DNA of 58,733 nt from an uncultured Clostridia bacterium. GTDB taxonomy: Bacteria; Bacillota; Clostridia; Christensenellales; UBA1242. The translations under genes and the position numbers were made by a program. The notes below the pieces were generated by a model, which had not been told where the DNA came from, did no database searches, and saw nothing but the letters and a program-made list of their open reading frames with translations. The stretch is taken from the NCBI GenBank assembly GCA_944380415.1, contig CALWHN010000002.1, positions 1-58,733 of the forward strand. Reading direction: 5' to 3'. Positions 1 through 7,878 of this stretch are shown piece after piece (the first letter of the stretch is position 1; every line of letters begins with the position of its first letter).

Positions 1-525
1 CAAAGCGGAAGTGAAAGCGTTTTAAAGCGAATGAACAGACACTACACGCCAGAGGAATTTTACAGCAAAGTTGAGAGGCTTAGAAAGGCTTTTGACAATC
101 CGGCAATAACAACCGACATAATTGTTGGCTTTCCTGGCGAAACAGAACAGGAGTTTTTGGAAACTGTTTTATTTATTAAAAAAGTTGGCTTTTCCTCTCT
201 CCACGTCTTTCCATATTCCAAAAGAGAGGGAACGGTTGCGGCAAGAATGAAAGATTTGGACGGAGAAACAAAGAAGAGAAGAGCTTTAATTTTGGAAAAG
301 CTTAATTCAACTCTTCAAGAAAAATATATAAATCAGTCAAAGAAAATGATATTAAGCGTTTTGATTGAAGAAAAAATTGGAAAATATTATGTTGGCCACA
401 GCGAAAATTACATAAAATGTTATATTAAATCAAAAAAATTGGAACTAAACAGCTTTGTTAATGTTAAAATAAAGAAGAAATTTGCGGACGGAGCGCTTGC
501 AAAAATTGTTAAAAAGGAGAGGTAG
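1..525 (+). CDS. MiaB/MtaB-family radical-SAM methylthiotransferase, C-terminal part (5' end outside window)
   Basis: Frame 1 is open from nt 1 ([16 protein letters not shown]). [12 protein letters not shown] and [10 protein letters not shown] motifs are typical of the family and are followed by a TRAM-like C-terminal segment. Confidence 0.8.
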   Translation, partial: QSGSESVLKRMNRHYTPEEFYSKVERLRKAFDNPAITTDIIVGFPGETEQEFLETVLFIKKVGFSSLHVFPYSKREGTVAARMKDLDGETKKRRALILEKLNSTLQEKYINQSKKMILSVLIEEKIGKYYVGHSENYIKCYIKSKKLELNSFVNVKIKKKFADGALAKIVKKER

Positions 526-531
526 AAAAAA

Positions 532-867
532 ATGGATTGTGTATTTTGTAAAATTATAAACGGAGAAATTCCGTCGGAAAAGGTCTATGAGGACGACACT
601 TGCATTATAATAAAGGACATTGAACCGATCGCGCCTGTTCATTACCTTATGATTCCAAAAAAGCACTATGCATACATCAAAGAGGCAACGGTTAGCGACG
701 CAATGGAGCTTTCTTTTATGCTCAACAAACTTTCTCAAATTGCAGATGAAATCGGTCTTGAAAAAGGTTTTCGTTTAATAATAAATCAAGGCGACGACGC
801 AGGACAAACGGTTAAACACCTTCATGTTCACATTCTTGGCGGGAAAAAACTTTCCTGGGAAGCTTAA
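532..867 (+). CDS. HIT (histidine triad) family nucleotide hydrolase
   Basis: 111 aa with the C-terminal HLHVHILGG histidine-triad motif. GGAG-type RBS upstream. Confidence 0.9.
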   Translation: MDCVFCKIINGEIPSEKVYEDDTCIIIKDIEPIAPVHYLMIPKKHYAYIKEATVSDAMELSFMLNKLSQIADEIGLEKGFRLIINQGDDAGQTVKHLHVHILGGKKLSWEA

Positions 868-909
868 AGTTATTAAATTTAAAAAACTTTCTGTGAAAAA
901 ATTTCCCTA

Positions 910-937
910 TTGACAAAATGATTATTACAAGTATAAT
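910..937 (+). promoter_or_regulatory. sigma-A-type promoter for the 963-2994 cassette
   Basis: TTGACA (910-915), 16-nt spacer, TATAAT (932-937). AAGGAG RBS follows at about 949-954 and the ATG at 963. Confidence 0.6.
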
Positions 938-962
938 AAAACTTGTAAGAAGGAGCCAATTT

Positions 963-2375
963 ATGCCAAAGAAACGTTACCTGTATGCCAACAAAAAAGT
1001 TTTGAAAGAGGGCAGAAATCAACAGGAAGAAGATTTTAACTATTTTTATTCTCCAAAATATGCGAAGCAAATTGGCATAAAATATGGTGAGAGCGGAAAG
1101 GCAATTGAAGTTGCTTTCAAGCAATATTTTGAAGCAATGAAACACCTTGGCCTAACAAAGCTCATTGATAAAGACAACCTTAGGAAAAAAATTGATAAGT
1201 TCATGTTCTATTATAACAATTCCTTTGGCGAAAATGGTTCTGGCGCGCTTGCAATGACAGACCTTGTGGAATTGTGTATTGAAATTAGAAAAAGCATTAA
1301 AGTTGGAGATTATGAAACCCTTTTCCACGAGTTCAACCACTTGATTTCTGCGCACGAGAGCAACGGCGACAATTGGCGCTATCAAAGAGATGAGGAAATT
1401 TTTTCAACTGGATATGACATAAAAAATGTTACTGAGGGAATTGAATATAACACGCTTTTTAATGAAGGGGTTACAGACCTTCTTGCGCTTCTTCAGTACT
1501 CATATTTAAAAAAGACAGTTGCGCTAAATTCCAGCGGCTATGAACTTGAGGTTGGCTTTTTGCATTCTCTTTATATGGTTTGTGGGAACGCGCTTTTTGA
1601 AGGATATTTTGGCGGCGGAAAATTTGGGCCTATTGCGCGCGCAATAGGTGAGCCGCAAGAAACTGACGACCTTGCGGCTGAATGTGTTTCAAATATTCAA
1701 ACGGACGAAATCAGCCTTGCAATTTTGTCGGACAGAATTTCTAACCTTGCATATAGCGAGCCTCTTGAGGCAATTGCGGAGTTTAACGATATTCAATATG
1801 ATTTGATTAATATCTTATATAAAAAAGTTTTTCTTGACATAACAAATAACCTTGACAAATTCAATGATTTTTCAGAAATTGAGGCAACTGTTTTTACGGC
1901 TTTTGCAAACTATGCTAAAACCCTTTATTTTGGAAGTGATAAATATTCAATTTACAACCCAACAAGAAATGATGTTTTTGAGTATTTAACTGAAACATAT
2001 TTTGGAACGCTTAACAACATTGGGTTTATAATTCAAGAAAGAGAAGATGCTCCAATTTCATACCAAGAACCTAGAAACAGCTTTGAAACAATTTTTGAAA
2101 ACTTTGTTAATATAAACGATTGTAGCTATGGGCTTATTGATTACAGACAAAAACCAATTGATGTTATAAGCAAGAATTATGTAATTTCAGTTTTTGAGCC
2201 AAATAAAGCGAACTATTTGAGAAAGAAAAACGGCTATGACAATGTTTCGGAAATGAAAAACGAATTTTTACATAAAAAGATTGTTGAATCTCTTGAAAAT
2301 GACGCAAAAAGCGCACATTTTAGAGCTTCAACTCAAGACCAGAATTTTGGAGAAAACTATGATTATTCCTTTTGA
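963..2375 (+). CDS. hypothetical cytoplasmic protein with gluzincin-like HExxH...NExxTD motifs (putative zinc metallopeptidase, unclassified)
   Basis: The ORF track starts at 918, but the promoter -10 lies at 932-937, so the ATG at 963 (MPKKRY) is chosen. HEFNH is followed 42 residues later by NEGVTD. No signal peptide or TM segment is visible. Confidence 0.6.
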   Translation: MPKKRYLYANKKVLKEGRNQQEEDFNYFYSPKYAKQIGIKYGESGKAIEVAFKQYFEAMKHLGLTKLIDKDNLRKKIDKFMFYYNNSFGENGSGALAMTDLVELCIEIRKSIKVGDYETLFHEFNHLISAHESNGDNWRYQRDEEIFSTGYDIKNVTEGIEYNTLFNEGVTDLLALLQYSYLKKTVALNSSGYELEVGFLHSLYMVCGNALFEGYFGGGKFGPIARAIGEPQETDDLAAECVSNIQTDEISLAILSDRISNLAYSEPLEAIAEFNDIQYDLINILYKKVFLDITNNLDKFNDFSEIEATVFTAFANYAKTLYFGSDKYSIYNPTRNDVFEYLTETYFGTLNNIGFIIQEREDAPISYQEPRNSFETIFENFVNINDCSYGLIDYRQKPIDVISKNYVISVFEPNKANYLRKKNGYDNVSEMKNEFLHKKIVESLENDAKSAHFRASTQDQNFGENYDYSF

Positions 2376-2994
2376 TCAAAATAAATGGGAGAGGGCGGGA
2401 GCAGCAGTTAAAGTTGACAAATATTTAAGAAAAATTGGTTGCGACCCAAAACTTCCCGTAAACCTTTCAAACATCTTAGTTAACATGGGCTTTGACCTTT
2501 TTGTTTCAGACGACCCAAATTTTTTTGCAAAATTTAGGTATAGCGAAGACGACAAATTTTTGATTGTTAACAGAAGAATTCAGAAAGACAAAGCAAAATA
2601 TATTAAACTTAAAGCATATGTTATTTCAATTGTAAATCACTATCAAAGCATAGCTGAGCAGAACCTTAAAACAAGAACCAAAGAGGCGATTGAAAACGCG
2701 CGCTTTGTTTATGAAGAAACAGTTGATTTCAACGAAATTGACGAATATAGGGCGCTCCAGACGCATGAAGAGCGAAAGGCGTTTAAGAAAAAATATCTGG
2801 ACGATTTGGTTGAAACCTTTTTTGAGGATCACGCGCCAGACGATTTTGTTGAACTGGACATAAACATTCCTCGCAATTACAAGGAAAAAATTATATATGA
2901 CAATGACCAGGCAGAAAAAACTTTACTTTTGTTTGCAGAAGAGCTTGCTACGAGGGATTCAACACTTAAAGTAGTTAAAGGTTTGGAATTCTAA
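2359..2994 (+). CDS. hypothetical protein, translationally coupled partner of the HExxH protein
   Basis: ATG at 2359 preceded by GGAG and overlapping the upstream stop (2373-2375). 211 aa with no motif I recognise. Followed by a terminator. Confidence 0.6.
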   Translation: MIIPFDQNKWERAGAAVKVDKYLRKIGCDPKLPVNLSNILVNMGFDLFVSDDPNFFAKFRYSEDDKFLIVNRRIQKDKAKYIKLKAYVISIVNHYQSIAEQNLKTRTKEAIENARFVYEETVDFNEIDEYRALQTHEERKAFKKKYLDDLVETFFEDHAPDDFVELDINIPRNYKEKIIYDNDQAEKTLLLFAEELATRDSTLKVVKGLEF

Positions 2995-3018
2995 CGCGAA
3001 AAATTTTTCGCGTTTTTT
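2995..3018 (+). terminator. rho-independent terminator
   Basis: Perfect hairpin CGCGAAAAA/TTTTTCGCG followed by a T6 run. Confidence 0.75.
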
Positions 3019-3019
3019 G

Positions 3020-3048
3020 TTGACAACAGGGGGTTTTTGTGGTAAATT
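3020..3048 (+). promoter_or_regulatory. sigma-A-type promoter of the rplU-prp-rpmA operon
   Basis: TTGACA (3020-3025), 17-nt spacer, TAAATT (3043-3048). Confidence 0.6.
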
Positions 3049-3133
3049 AACTTCGTGCCGCGTTAAAGTGGTTTTTTATTAAGTTTCATTTTGAACACCA
3101 TAAGAGCGAGTTTGGTTAGAGGAGGTAAAAATA
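3049..3133 (+). promoter_or_regulatory. 5' leader of the L21 operon (candidate ribosomal-protein L21 leader element)
   Basis: An untranslated leader of about 85 nt lies between the promoter and the rplU RBS. Firmicutes are known to carry a structured L21 leader at this position. The structure was not verified here. Confidence 0.35.
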
Positions 3134-3439
3134 ATGTTTGCAGTTGTTCAAACCGGCGGAAAACAATATAAAGTTTCTGTTGGCCAAGAAATTTCTGTTG
3201 AAAAGATTGAGCGCAACGTTGGAGACAAAATTAAACTTGATGTTTTAATGATTTGTGACGGCGAAAACGTTAAAGCGGGAAATCCAATTCTTGATGGCGC
3301 TGTTTGCGAAGCAGAAGTTGTTGAGCATGGAAAAGGCGACAAGATTGTTGTTTTCAAATATAAAGCTAAGAAAAATGAACGTAAAAAACAAGGCCACAGA
3401 CAGCCTTACACAAAAATTAGAATTACGGCAATAAAATAA
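3134..3439 (+). CDS. rplU: 50S ribosomal protein L21
   Basis: MFAVVQTGGKQYKV N-terminus, 101 aa, GGAGG RBS. Confidence 0.95.
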   Translation: MFAVVQTGGKQYKVSVGQEISVEKIERNVGDKIKLDVLMICDGENVKAGNPILDGAVCEAEVVEHGKGDKIVVFKYKAKKNERKKQGHRQPYTKIRITAIK

Positions 3440-3765
3440 TGACGAAAATTACTATTTTTAAAAAGAATGACCTTTTTTTGGGGTTTGAATCAATTGGACA
3501 CAGCGGCTATGAAAACCGCGGGAAAGACATTGTCTGTTCAGCAATTTCAACCGCCCTTCAAATTTGTGTTATAGAACTTGGCGTTTTAAAACTAAAGTTC
3601 GACTTGAAAAAAGATGAAAAGAAAGGTTATTTATACTGCAAATTGAAAGAAGATGAGGCCCAAAAAGCTCAGGTTGCCTTTAAAACATTGGAAATTGCGC
3701 TTTTGGATTTGGAAAATCAATTTGCAAAATATCTAAAATTGGAGGTTAAAGATGAAGTTAATTAA
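3439..3765 (+). CDS. prp: ribosomal-processing cysteine protease Prp
   Basis: 108 aa located between rplU and rpmA. GHSGY and DIVCSAIS supply the His/Cys dyad context. The start overlaps the rplU stop. Confidence 0.85.
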   Translation: MTKITIFKKNDLFLGFESIGHSGYENRGKDIVCSAISTALQICVIELGVLKLKFDLKKDEKKGYLYCKLKEDEAQKAQVAFKTLEIALLDLENQFAKYLKLEVKDEVN

Positions 3766-4030
3766 TATTCAGCTTTTTGCTCATAAAAAGGGTGGCGGTT
3801 CAACTAAGAACGGAAGAGACAGCCAAGCTAAACGTCTTGGCGTTAAAGCTTCTGATGGTCAGTTTGTTCTTGCTGGTTCAATCATCGTTCGCCAAAGAGG
3901 AACAAGAGTTTATCCAGGAAGCAATGTTGGACTTGGGAAAGATCACACACTTTTTGCTCTCAAAGACGGAAAGGTTAAATTTGGGCAGAGCGGAAGCAAA
4001 AAATTTGCGTCAATCGTTGAGGAAAAATAA
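3752..4030 (+). CDS. rpmA: 50S ribosomal protein L27 with cleavable N-terminal extension
   Basis: [24 protein letters not shown]. The 9-residue pro-sequence ending in F-A is the known Prp cleavage context in Firmicutes. Confidence 0.95.
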   Translation: MKLINIQLFAHKKGGGSTKNGRDSQAKRLGVKASDGQFVLAGSIIVRQRGTRVYPGSNVGLGKDHTLFALKDGKVKFGQSGSKKFASIVEEK

Positions 4031-4051
4031 GCGGAAAATTCCGCTTTTTTT
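4030..4051 (+). terminator. rho-independent terminator after rpmA
   Basis: Hairpin AGCGGAA-AATT-CCGCT followed by a T7 run. Confidence 0.75.
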
Positions 4052-4058
4052 ATTTTTA

Positions 4059-4067
4059 TGATATAAT
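4059..4067 (+). promoter_or_regulatory. extended -10 element (TGaTATAAT) directly upstream of ogg
   Basis: TG at 4059-4060 and TATAAT at 4062-4067. Only 6 nt (TTCTTC, no SD) separate it from the ogg ATG at 4074. Confidence 0.45.
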
Positions 4068-4073
4068 TTCTTC

Positions 4074-4991
4074 ATGAATTACATAGTTGATGAAAATAAA
4101 ATCATTGTCAAAACAGAAAACTTTGACCCAAAGAGCATATTTGAATGTGGCCAAACTTTTTCGTTTAGAAAAATTGGGGATGTATATTTTACATTTCCAG
4201 AAGACAAACTTGCAGCAGTGTATTTAGACGGCGAAAATTATGTTGTTGAATGTTTGGCGGGAGATACAAAATTTTTTATAAATTATTTTGACTTGGAAAG
4301 AGATTATCAAAAAATTATTTTAGAAATTGAAAAAATTAATGCTAGCCAAGAGGACTTTGACAGGAAGCTAATTGAAAAATCCCTTAAATTTGGAAGGGGA
4401 ATTAGAATTTTGAAACAGGAGCTTGTTGAAACAATTGTTTCGTTCATCTTCTCAGCTAACAACAACATTAAAAGGTTTACCGCCTCACTAAATCAGTTAA
4501 GACAAGATTTTGGAAATGAAATTTCGATTGAAAATGAAGCTTCTCAGAGAATAAAGGAATTAATTTCAAGTCAAAAATTTTTTAGCTTTCCCTCTTTAAA
4601 GGCGCTTTTAAAACTTGACGAGGCCTATTTTTCAAAAATTGGCGCAGGCTATCGCGCGCCATATCTTTTTGAAACGATAAAAGCTCTTCCAAACTTTTTG
4701 GCCGAAGATTTTAGCTTTATGTCAACAGATCAACTTTTAAAGGAGCTGGTAAGCCTTAAGGGAATTGGAAGGAAGGTTGCCCAGTGTGTTATGCTTTTTG
4801 GCTTTGGAAGAGTTGACTGCTTTCCCGTTGACACCTGGATTAAACAGGTTTACAATGACTTAAACAGGGGAGAAGGTGAAAAAAATGAGCAACAAATTTC
4901 AAGCCATTTATTAAAGATTTTTGGCAATTATTCCGGATATGCTCAGCAATATTTGTTCTATTATAAACGCGAATTAAAGCAACTTGTTTAA
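4074..4991 (+). CDS. ogg: 8-oxoguanine DNA glycosylase / HhH-GPD family glycosylase
   Basis: 305 aa. HhH-GPD signature LKGIGRKVAQCVMLFGFGRVDCFPVDTWI with the catalytic Lys/Asp context. Confidence 0.8.
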   Translation: MNYIVDENKIIVKTENFDPKSIFECGQTFSFRKIGDVYFTFPEDKLAAVYLDGENYVVECLAGDTKFFINYFDLERDYQKIILEIEKINASQEDFDRKLIEKSLKFGRGIRILKQELVETIVSFIFSANNNIKRFTASLNQLRQDFGNEISIENEASQRIKELISSQKFFSFPSLKALLKLDEAYFSKIGAGYRAPYLFETIKALPNFLAEDFSFMSTDQLLKELVSLKGIGRKVAQCVMLFGFGRVDCFPVDTWIKQVYNDLNRGEGEKNEQQISSHLLKIFGNYSGYAQQYLFYYKRELKQLV

Positions 4992-5026
4992 TTTTTGGTT
5001 ATTTTGCACAAAAAAATTTTTAGTGG

Positions 5027-5055
5027 TTGACAAAACCAATCAAATTTGATATTAT
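5027..5055 (+). promoter_or_regulatory. sigma-A-type promoter of an orphan short transcript
   Basis: TTGACA (5027-5032), 17-nt spacer, TATTAT (5050-5055). Confidence 0.55.
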
Positions 5056-5061
5056 AATAGC

Positions 5062-5140
5062 GGAAGCAACCCCCAATAAAAATATTGTTTCCACGAAGAG
5101 AGTGTTTTTATAATTTTTTCGCTCTCTTCTCCTTTTTTTT
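5062..5140 (+). ncRNA. candidate small RNA (about 80 nt, two hairpins, C-rich loop)
   Basis: No ATG or ORF is present. Hairpin 1 pairs 5062-5069 with 5085-5092 and exposes CCCCCAAUAAAAAUA in the loop. Hairpin 2 pairs 5095-5104 with 5120-5129 (10 bp) and is followed by UCCU9, an intrinsic terminator. The downstream nfeD has its own TGaTATAAT promoter (5188-5196). Confidence 0.45.
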
Positions 5141-5216
5141 ATTGAAAATAATTTTTTTTAAAAAGTATTCACTTTTTATAAAATATATGATATAATACCC
5201 TCAGAGGAGGGCTAGT

Positions 5217-5741
5217 ATGGGACAAGAGATTGCTGAAATTTTTACATCGATGCCGTGGTATATCATTCTTCCGCTTTGCTTGGGCGTTTTATTCTTGTTT
5301 ATTGAATGTTTTATTCCCGACTTTGGTTTTTTTGGAATTACTGGCTTAGTGTGTTTAGTTGGCGGAATTATTGCAAACGCGGTTTTAACTAAATCAATTG
5401 CCCAAACCTTGTTTTTAATTGCTTTATTTATCGTTGTTTTGTTTATACTATTTTTAATCTTTATTCGGTCTGCTAAATATGGCTTAATTAGTAAAACGCC
5501 GTTTGTAGAGACAAAAACAGCCGTTCCGATTGATTATGCAGATAAGAATAAAAATAAGTATAAAGATTTAATTGGCCAGCGTGGCGTTGCAATAACCCCG
5601 TTCACGCCGTCTGGTAAGTTTATGATTGACGATCAAGTTTATGACGGAATAACACGGGGAGAGGCTCTTGACAAAGACTGTGTTATCAAAGTTATCGATG
5701 TTGAGGGAAACAAAATTGAAATAGAAAAGGTGGAGGTGTAG
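5217..5741 (+). CDS. NfeD-family membrane protein
   Basis: N-terminal TM helices plus a C-terminal OB-like NfeD domain ([25 protein letters not shown]). It sits immediately upstream of floA, as is typical. Confidence 0.8.
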   Translation: MGQEIAEIFTSMPWYIILPLCLGVLFLFIECFIPDFGFFGITGLVCLVGGIIANAVLTKSIAQTLFLIALFIVVLFILFLIFIRSAKYGLISKTPFVETKTAVPIDYADKNKNKYKDLIGQRGVAITPFTPSGKFMIDDQVYDGITRGEALDKDCVIKVIDVEGNKIEIEKVEV

Positions 5742-5745
5742 AAAA

Positions 5746-6753
5746 ATGGGAATGAACTTTTTAGGACTTTCAGGTGGAATGATTGCGCTAATCGTAGTGC
5801 TTTGTGTTCTTGCAGTAATTTGCATAGTTATATTGAGCTTGGTTCCAATTAAACAATGGTTTGTTGCGCTTGTTTCAGGTGCCCATGTTTCAATGGGAAG
5901 GCTAATTGGAATGAGGCTTAGAAGGGTTAAAGTTCCGCCAATTGTTTCAGCTTATATCCAAGCGAAAAAGGCAGGAATTGATATTGACATTGTTGACCTA
6001 GAGACTCACTACATGGCAGGAGGAGATATTGACAAAGTTATTGTTGCATTAATCTCTGCTCACAGTGCTAAGTTGCCGCTTTCTGTTGACCAGGCAAAGG
6101 CAATTGACCTCGCTGGACGTGATGTTGCAAAAGCAGTTAAAATGTGTGTTACCCCAATTGTTATTGAAACGCCATGGATCAGCGCTATTGCAAAGGACGG
6201 AATTGAGCTTAAAGTTAAAGCAAAAATAACTCTTAGAAGTAACCTTCCAAGGCTTGTTAGAGGAGCGGGAGAAGAAACAATTTTGGCTCGTGTTGGCGAA
6301 GGAATTGTTACAACAGTTGGTTCAGCGTTGACACACACGGAAGTTTTGGAAAACCCAGATATAATTTCTAAAACAGTTTTGAACAAAGGTCTTGACGTTT
6401 CAACTGCGTATGAAATTCTTTCAATTGAAATGGCGGACATTGATGTTGGACAAAACGTTGGTGCTAAACTTAACATAGATAGGGCGGAAGCAGACAAATC
6501 GATTGCTCAAGCTAAGGCAGAGGAAAGAAGGGCAATGGCAAGCGCTATCGAGCAAGAGATGAAGGCTAAAACTCAAGAAATGAAAGCAATGGTTCTTGCG
6601 GCAGAGGCTGAAGTTCCAAAAGCAATGGCAGACGCAATTAAGAGCGGAAACCTTGGAGTTATGGATTATTATAAAATTCAAAATTTAAACTCAGACACCG
6701 CAATGAGAAACTCAATTGCAGGGGTTGACAAAAAGAAACCAAGCGGAGATTAA
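5746..6753 (+). CDS. floA: flotillin-like protein FloA (YqfA family)
   Basis: Collinear with my recollection of B. subtilis YqfA ([71 protein letters not shown]). Confidence 0.9.
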   Translation: MGMNFLGLSGGMIALIVVLCVLAVICIVILSLVPIKQWFVALVSGAHVSMGRLIGMRLRRVKVPPIVSAYIQAKKAGIDIDIVDLETHYMAGGDIDKVIVALISAHSAKLPLSVDQAKAIDLAGRDVAKAVKMCVTPIVIETPWISAIAKDGIELKVKAKITLRSNLPRLVRGAGEETILARVGEGIVTTVGSALTHTEVLENPDIISKTVLNKGLDVSTAYEILSIEMADIDVGQNVGAKLNIDRAEADKSIAQAKAEERRAMASAIEQEMKAKTQEMKAMVLAAEAEVPKAMADAIKSGNLGVMDYYKIQNLNSDTAMRNSIAGVDKKKPSGD

Positions 6754-6762
6754 TTAAATTGA

Positions 6763-6788
6763 AAGTGGCCGCAAGGCCACTTTATTTA
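6763..6788 (+). terminator. rho-independent terminator-like hairpin after floA
   Basis: AAGTGGCC-GCAA-GGCCACTT followed by TATTT. Confidence 0.55.
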
Positions 6789-6810
6789 AAATGTGAGAGG
6801 AAGCAAAATT

Positions 6811-7452
6811 ATGACCTGGCTAATTGTTGGAATTTGTGTTTTGGTTGTTGGAATTATAATTTATTATTCCATTCCTCTTTTTAAAAAATTTTTTGGAAAT
6901 CGAGACGCCAGCAAAAGCGCCGAAAGGGCAACTAAACGTGCAATTAAAAAAGAAGAGAAGCGCGCTGAAAAAGAGGAAAAGAACGCTTTAAAAAAGCGCA
7001 GAGAGCAAGCGCCAACTCCAGTTGCGCAAACAGAGCAGCAGGCAAGCGAAAACTCTTTGGTAAACGAAAATGCAATTGACCTCAAAGAAGACCCAGATGA
7101 AAAGGTCAATATGGAAAACTTGAGTTATGACGGATATTTCGACTCGCCGTCAATAGCACCTGCTCAACAAAAACCTATTACAGAAACCAATCCGCTTGAG
7201 GAAAATGTTGACGACCTTTTTAACAGAATTTTTAACATTGACAAGCCAGAAAGCAAAATTAGAAATCAAACTCCAACTTTTGTTTCGGACGGAACAATTG
7301 ACGGAAGAGATGAAGAGATTAGAGATTTTCTTGAAGAATTTGAAAGAATTAACAGCGGAAGCGATAAAAGTTCAATTGCCGAAGATTTTGAAAAGCTCTC
7401 GCCAGAGATGAAGGCGCTTATGATTTCAAATTTCTTAGACAGAAAAGAATAG
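6811..7452 (+). CDS. single-pass membrane protein with a K/E-rich and acidic cytoplasmic region
   Basis: ATG at 6811 (MTWLIVGICVLVVGIIIYY). One N-terminal TM followed by low-complexity KKEEKRAEKEEK. No recognisable domain. Confidence 0.55.
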   Translation: MTWLIVGICVLVVGIIIYYSIPLFKKFFGNRDASKSAERATKRAIKKEEKRAEKEEKNALKKRREQAPTPVAQTEQQASENSLVNENAIDLKEDPDEKVNMENLSYDGYFDSPSIAPAQQKPITETNPLEENVDDLFNRIFNIDKPESKIRNQTPTFVSDGTIDGRDEEIRDFLEEFERINSGSDKSSIAEDFEKLSPEMKALMISNFLDRKE

Positions 7453-7484
7453 TTGGCAGAAGATATTTACAAAGTGAATTTTGA

Positions 7485-7528
7485 CACCATATAATTTACG
7501 CGGAAATTAAATTATATGGTGTTTTTTT
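7485..7528 (+). terminator. strong rho-independent terminator at the left edge of the phage-like block
   Basis: 13-bp stem CACCATATAATTT/AAATTATATGGTG followed by a T7 run that extends up to the ATG at 7529. Confidence 0.75.
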
Positions 7529-7816
7529 ATGAGCAAAAAATTTTCAGAGAAAAAAATTGACGAGGCAATTTATAAAAAAGCCGTTGGCTATGAAGCAAAC
7601 GAAGTTGTTGAAGAATTTGTCTTGGACGAGAAGGGAGAATATAAATTAAATAAAAGAAAGATAACAAAAAAACACATTTCTCCCGATCTCTCAGCCGCAA
7701 AGCTTCTTTTAGAAAAAGCTGAGGCAAAAAAGGACAAATATTCAACAATGACAGACGAAGAGCTTTACCGCGAGAAGGTTAGGCTTTTGGAGCTTTTGGA
7801 AAGCTTGAAAGAATAA
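7529..7816 (+). CDS. terminase small-subunit-like remnant (C-terminal half only, no HTH)
   Basis: AVGYEANEVVEEF...KKHISPDLSAAKLLLEK resembles the recalled ...AxGYEYEE...TKHVPPDVTAxIFWLKNR segment of Firmicute-phage TerS proteins. The ORF is 95 aa with no SD, and its ATG abuts the T-run of the upstream terminator. Confidence 0.4.
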   Translation: MSKKFSEKKIDEAIYKKAVGYEANEVVEEFVLDEKGEYKLNKRKITKKHISPDLSAAKLLLEKAEAKKDKYSTMTDEELYREKVRLLELLESLKE

Positions 7817-7824
7817 ATTATTAG

Positions 7825-7850
7825 AATTGGAAGGGTTTCTTCCAATTTTT
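7825..7850 (+). terminator. terminator-like hairpin between the TerS-like ORF and the portal gene
   Basis: AATTGGAAG-GGTTT-CTTCCAATT followed by a T run. Confidence 0.45.
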
Positions 7851-7878
7851 GATAATTAAAACTTATTTAGGAGGAAAA

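Noticed and set aside
3777-4061. A 94-aa ORF in an alternative frame of rpmA.
   Set aside because: It lies entirely inside the highly conserved L27 gene and has no RBS.
7453-7528. A search for att-type direct repeats pairing the left junction of the phage block with 15941-15985, 19377-19477 or 20321-20415.
   Set aside because: Only low-complexity AT-rich similarity turned up (AAATTAAATTATAT versus AAATTTAAATTTATTATAT), with no exact repeat of convincing length. Without an integrase this is not evidence for site-specific integration. An exhaustive repeat search needs computation.
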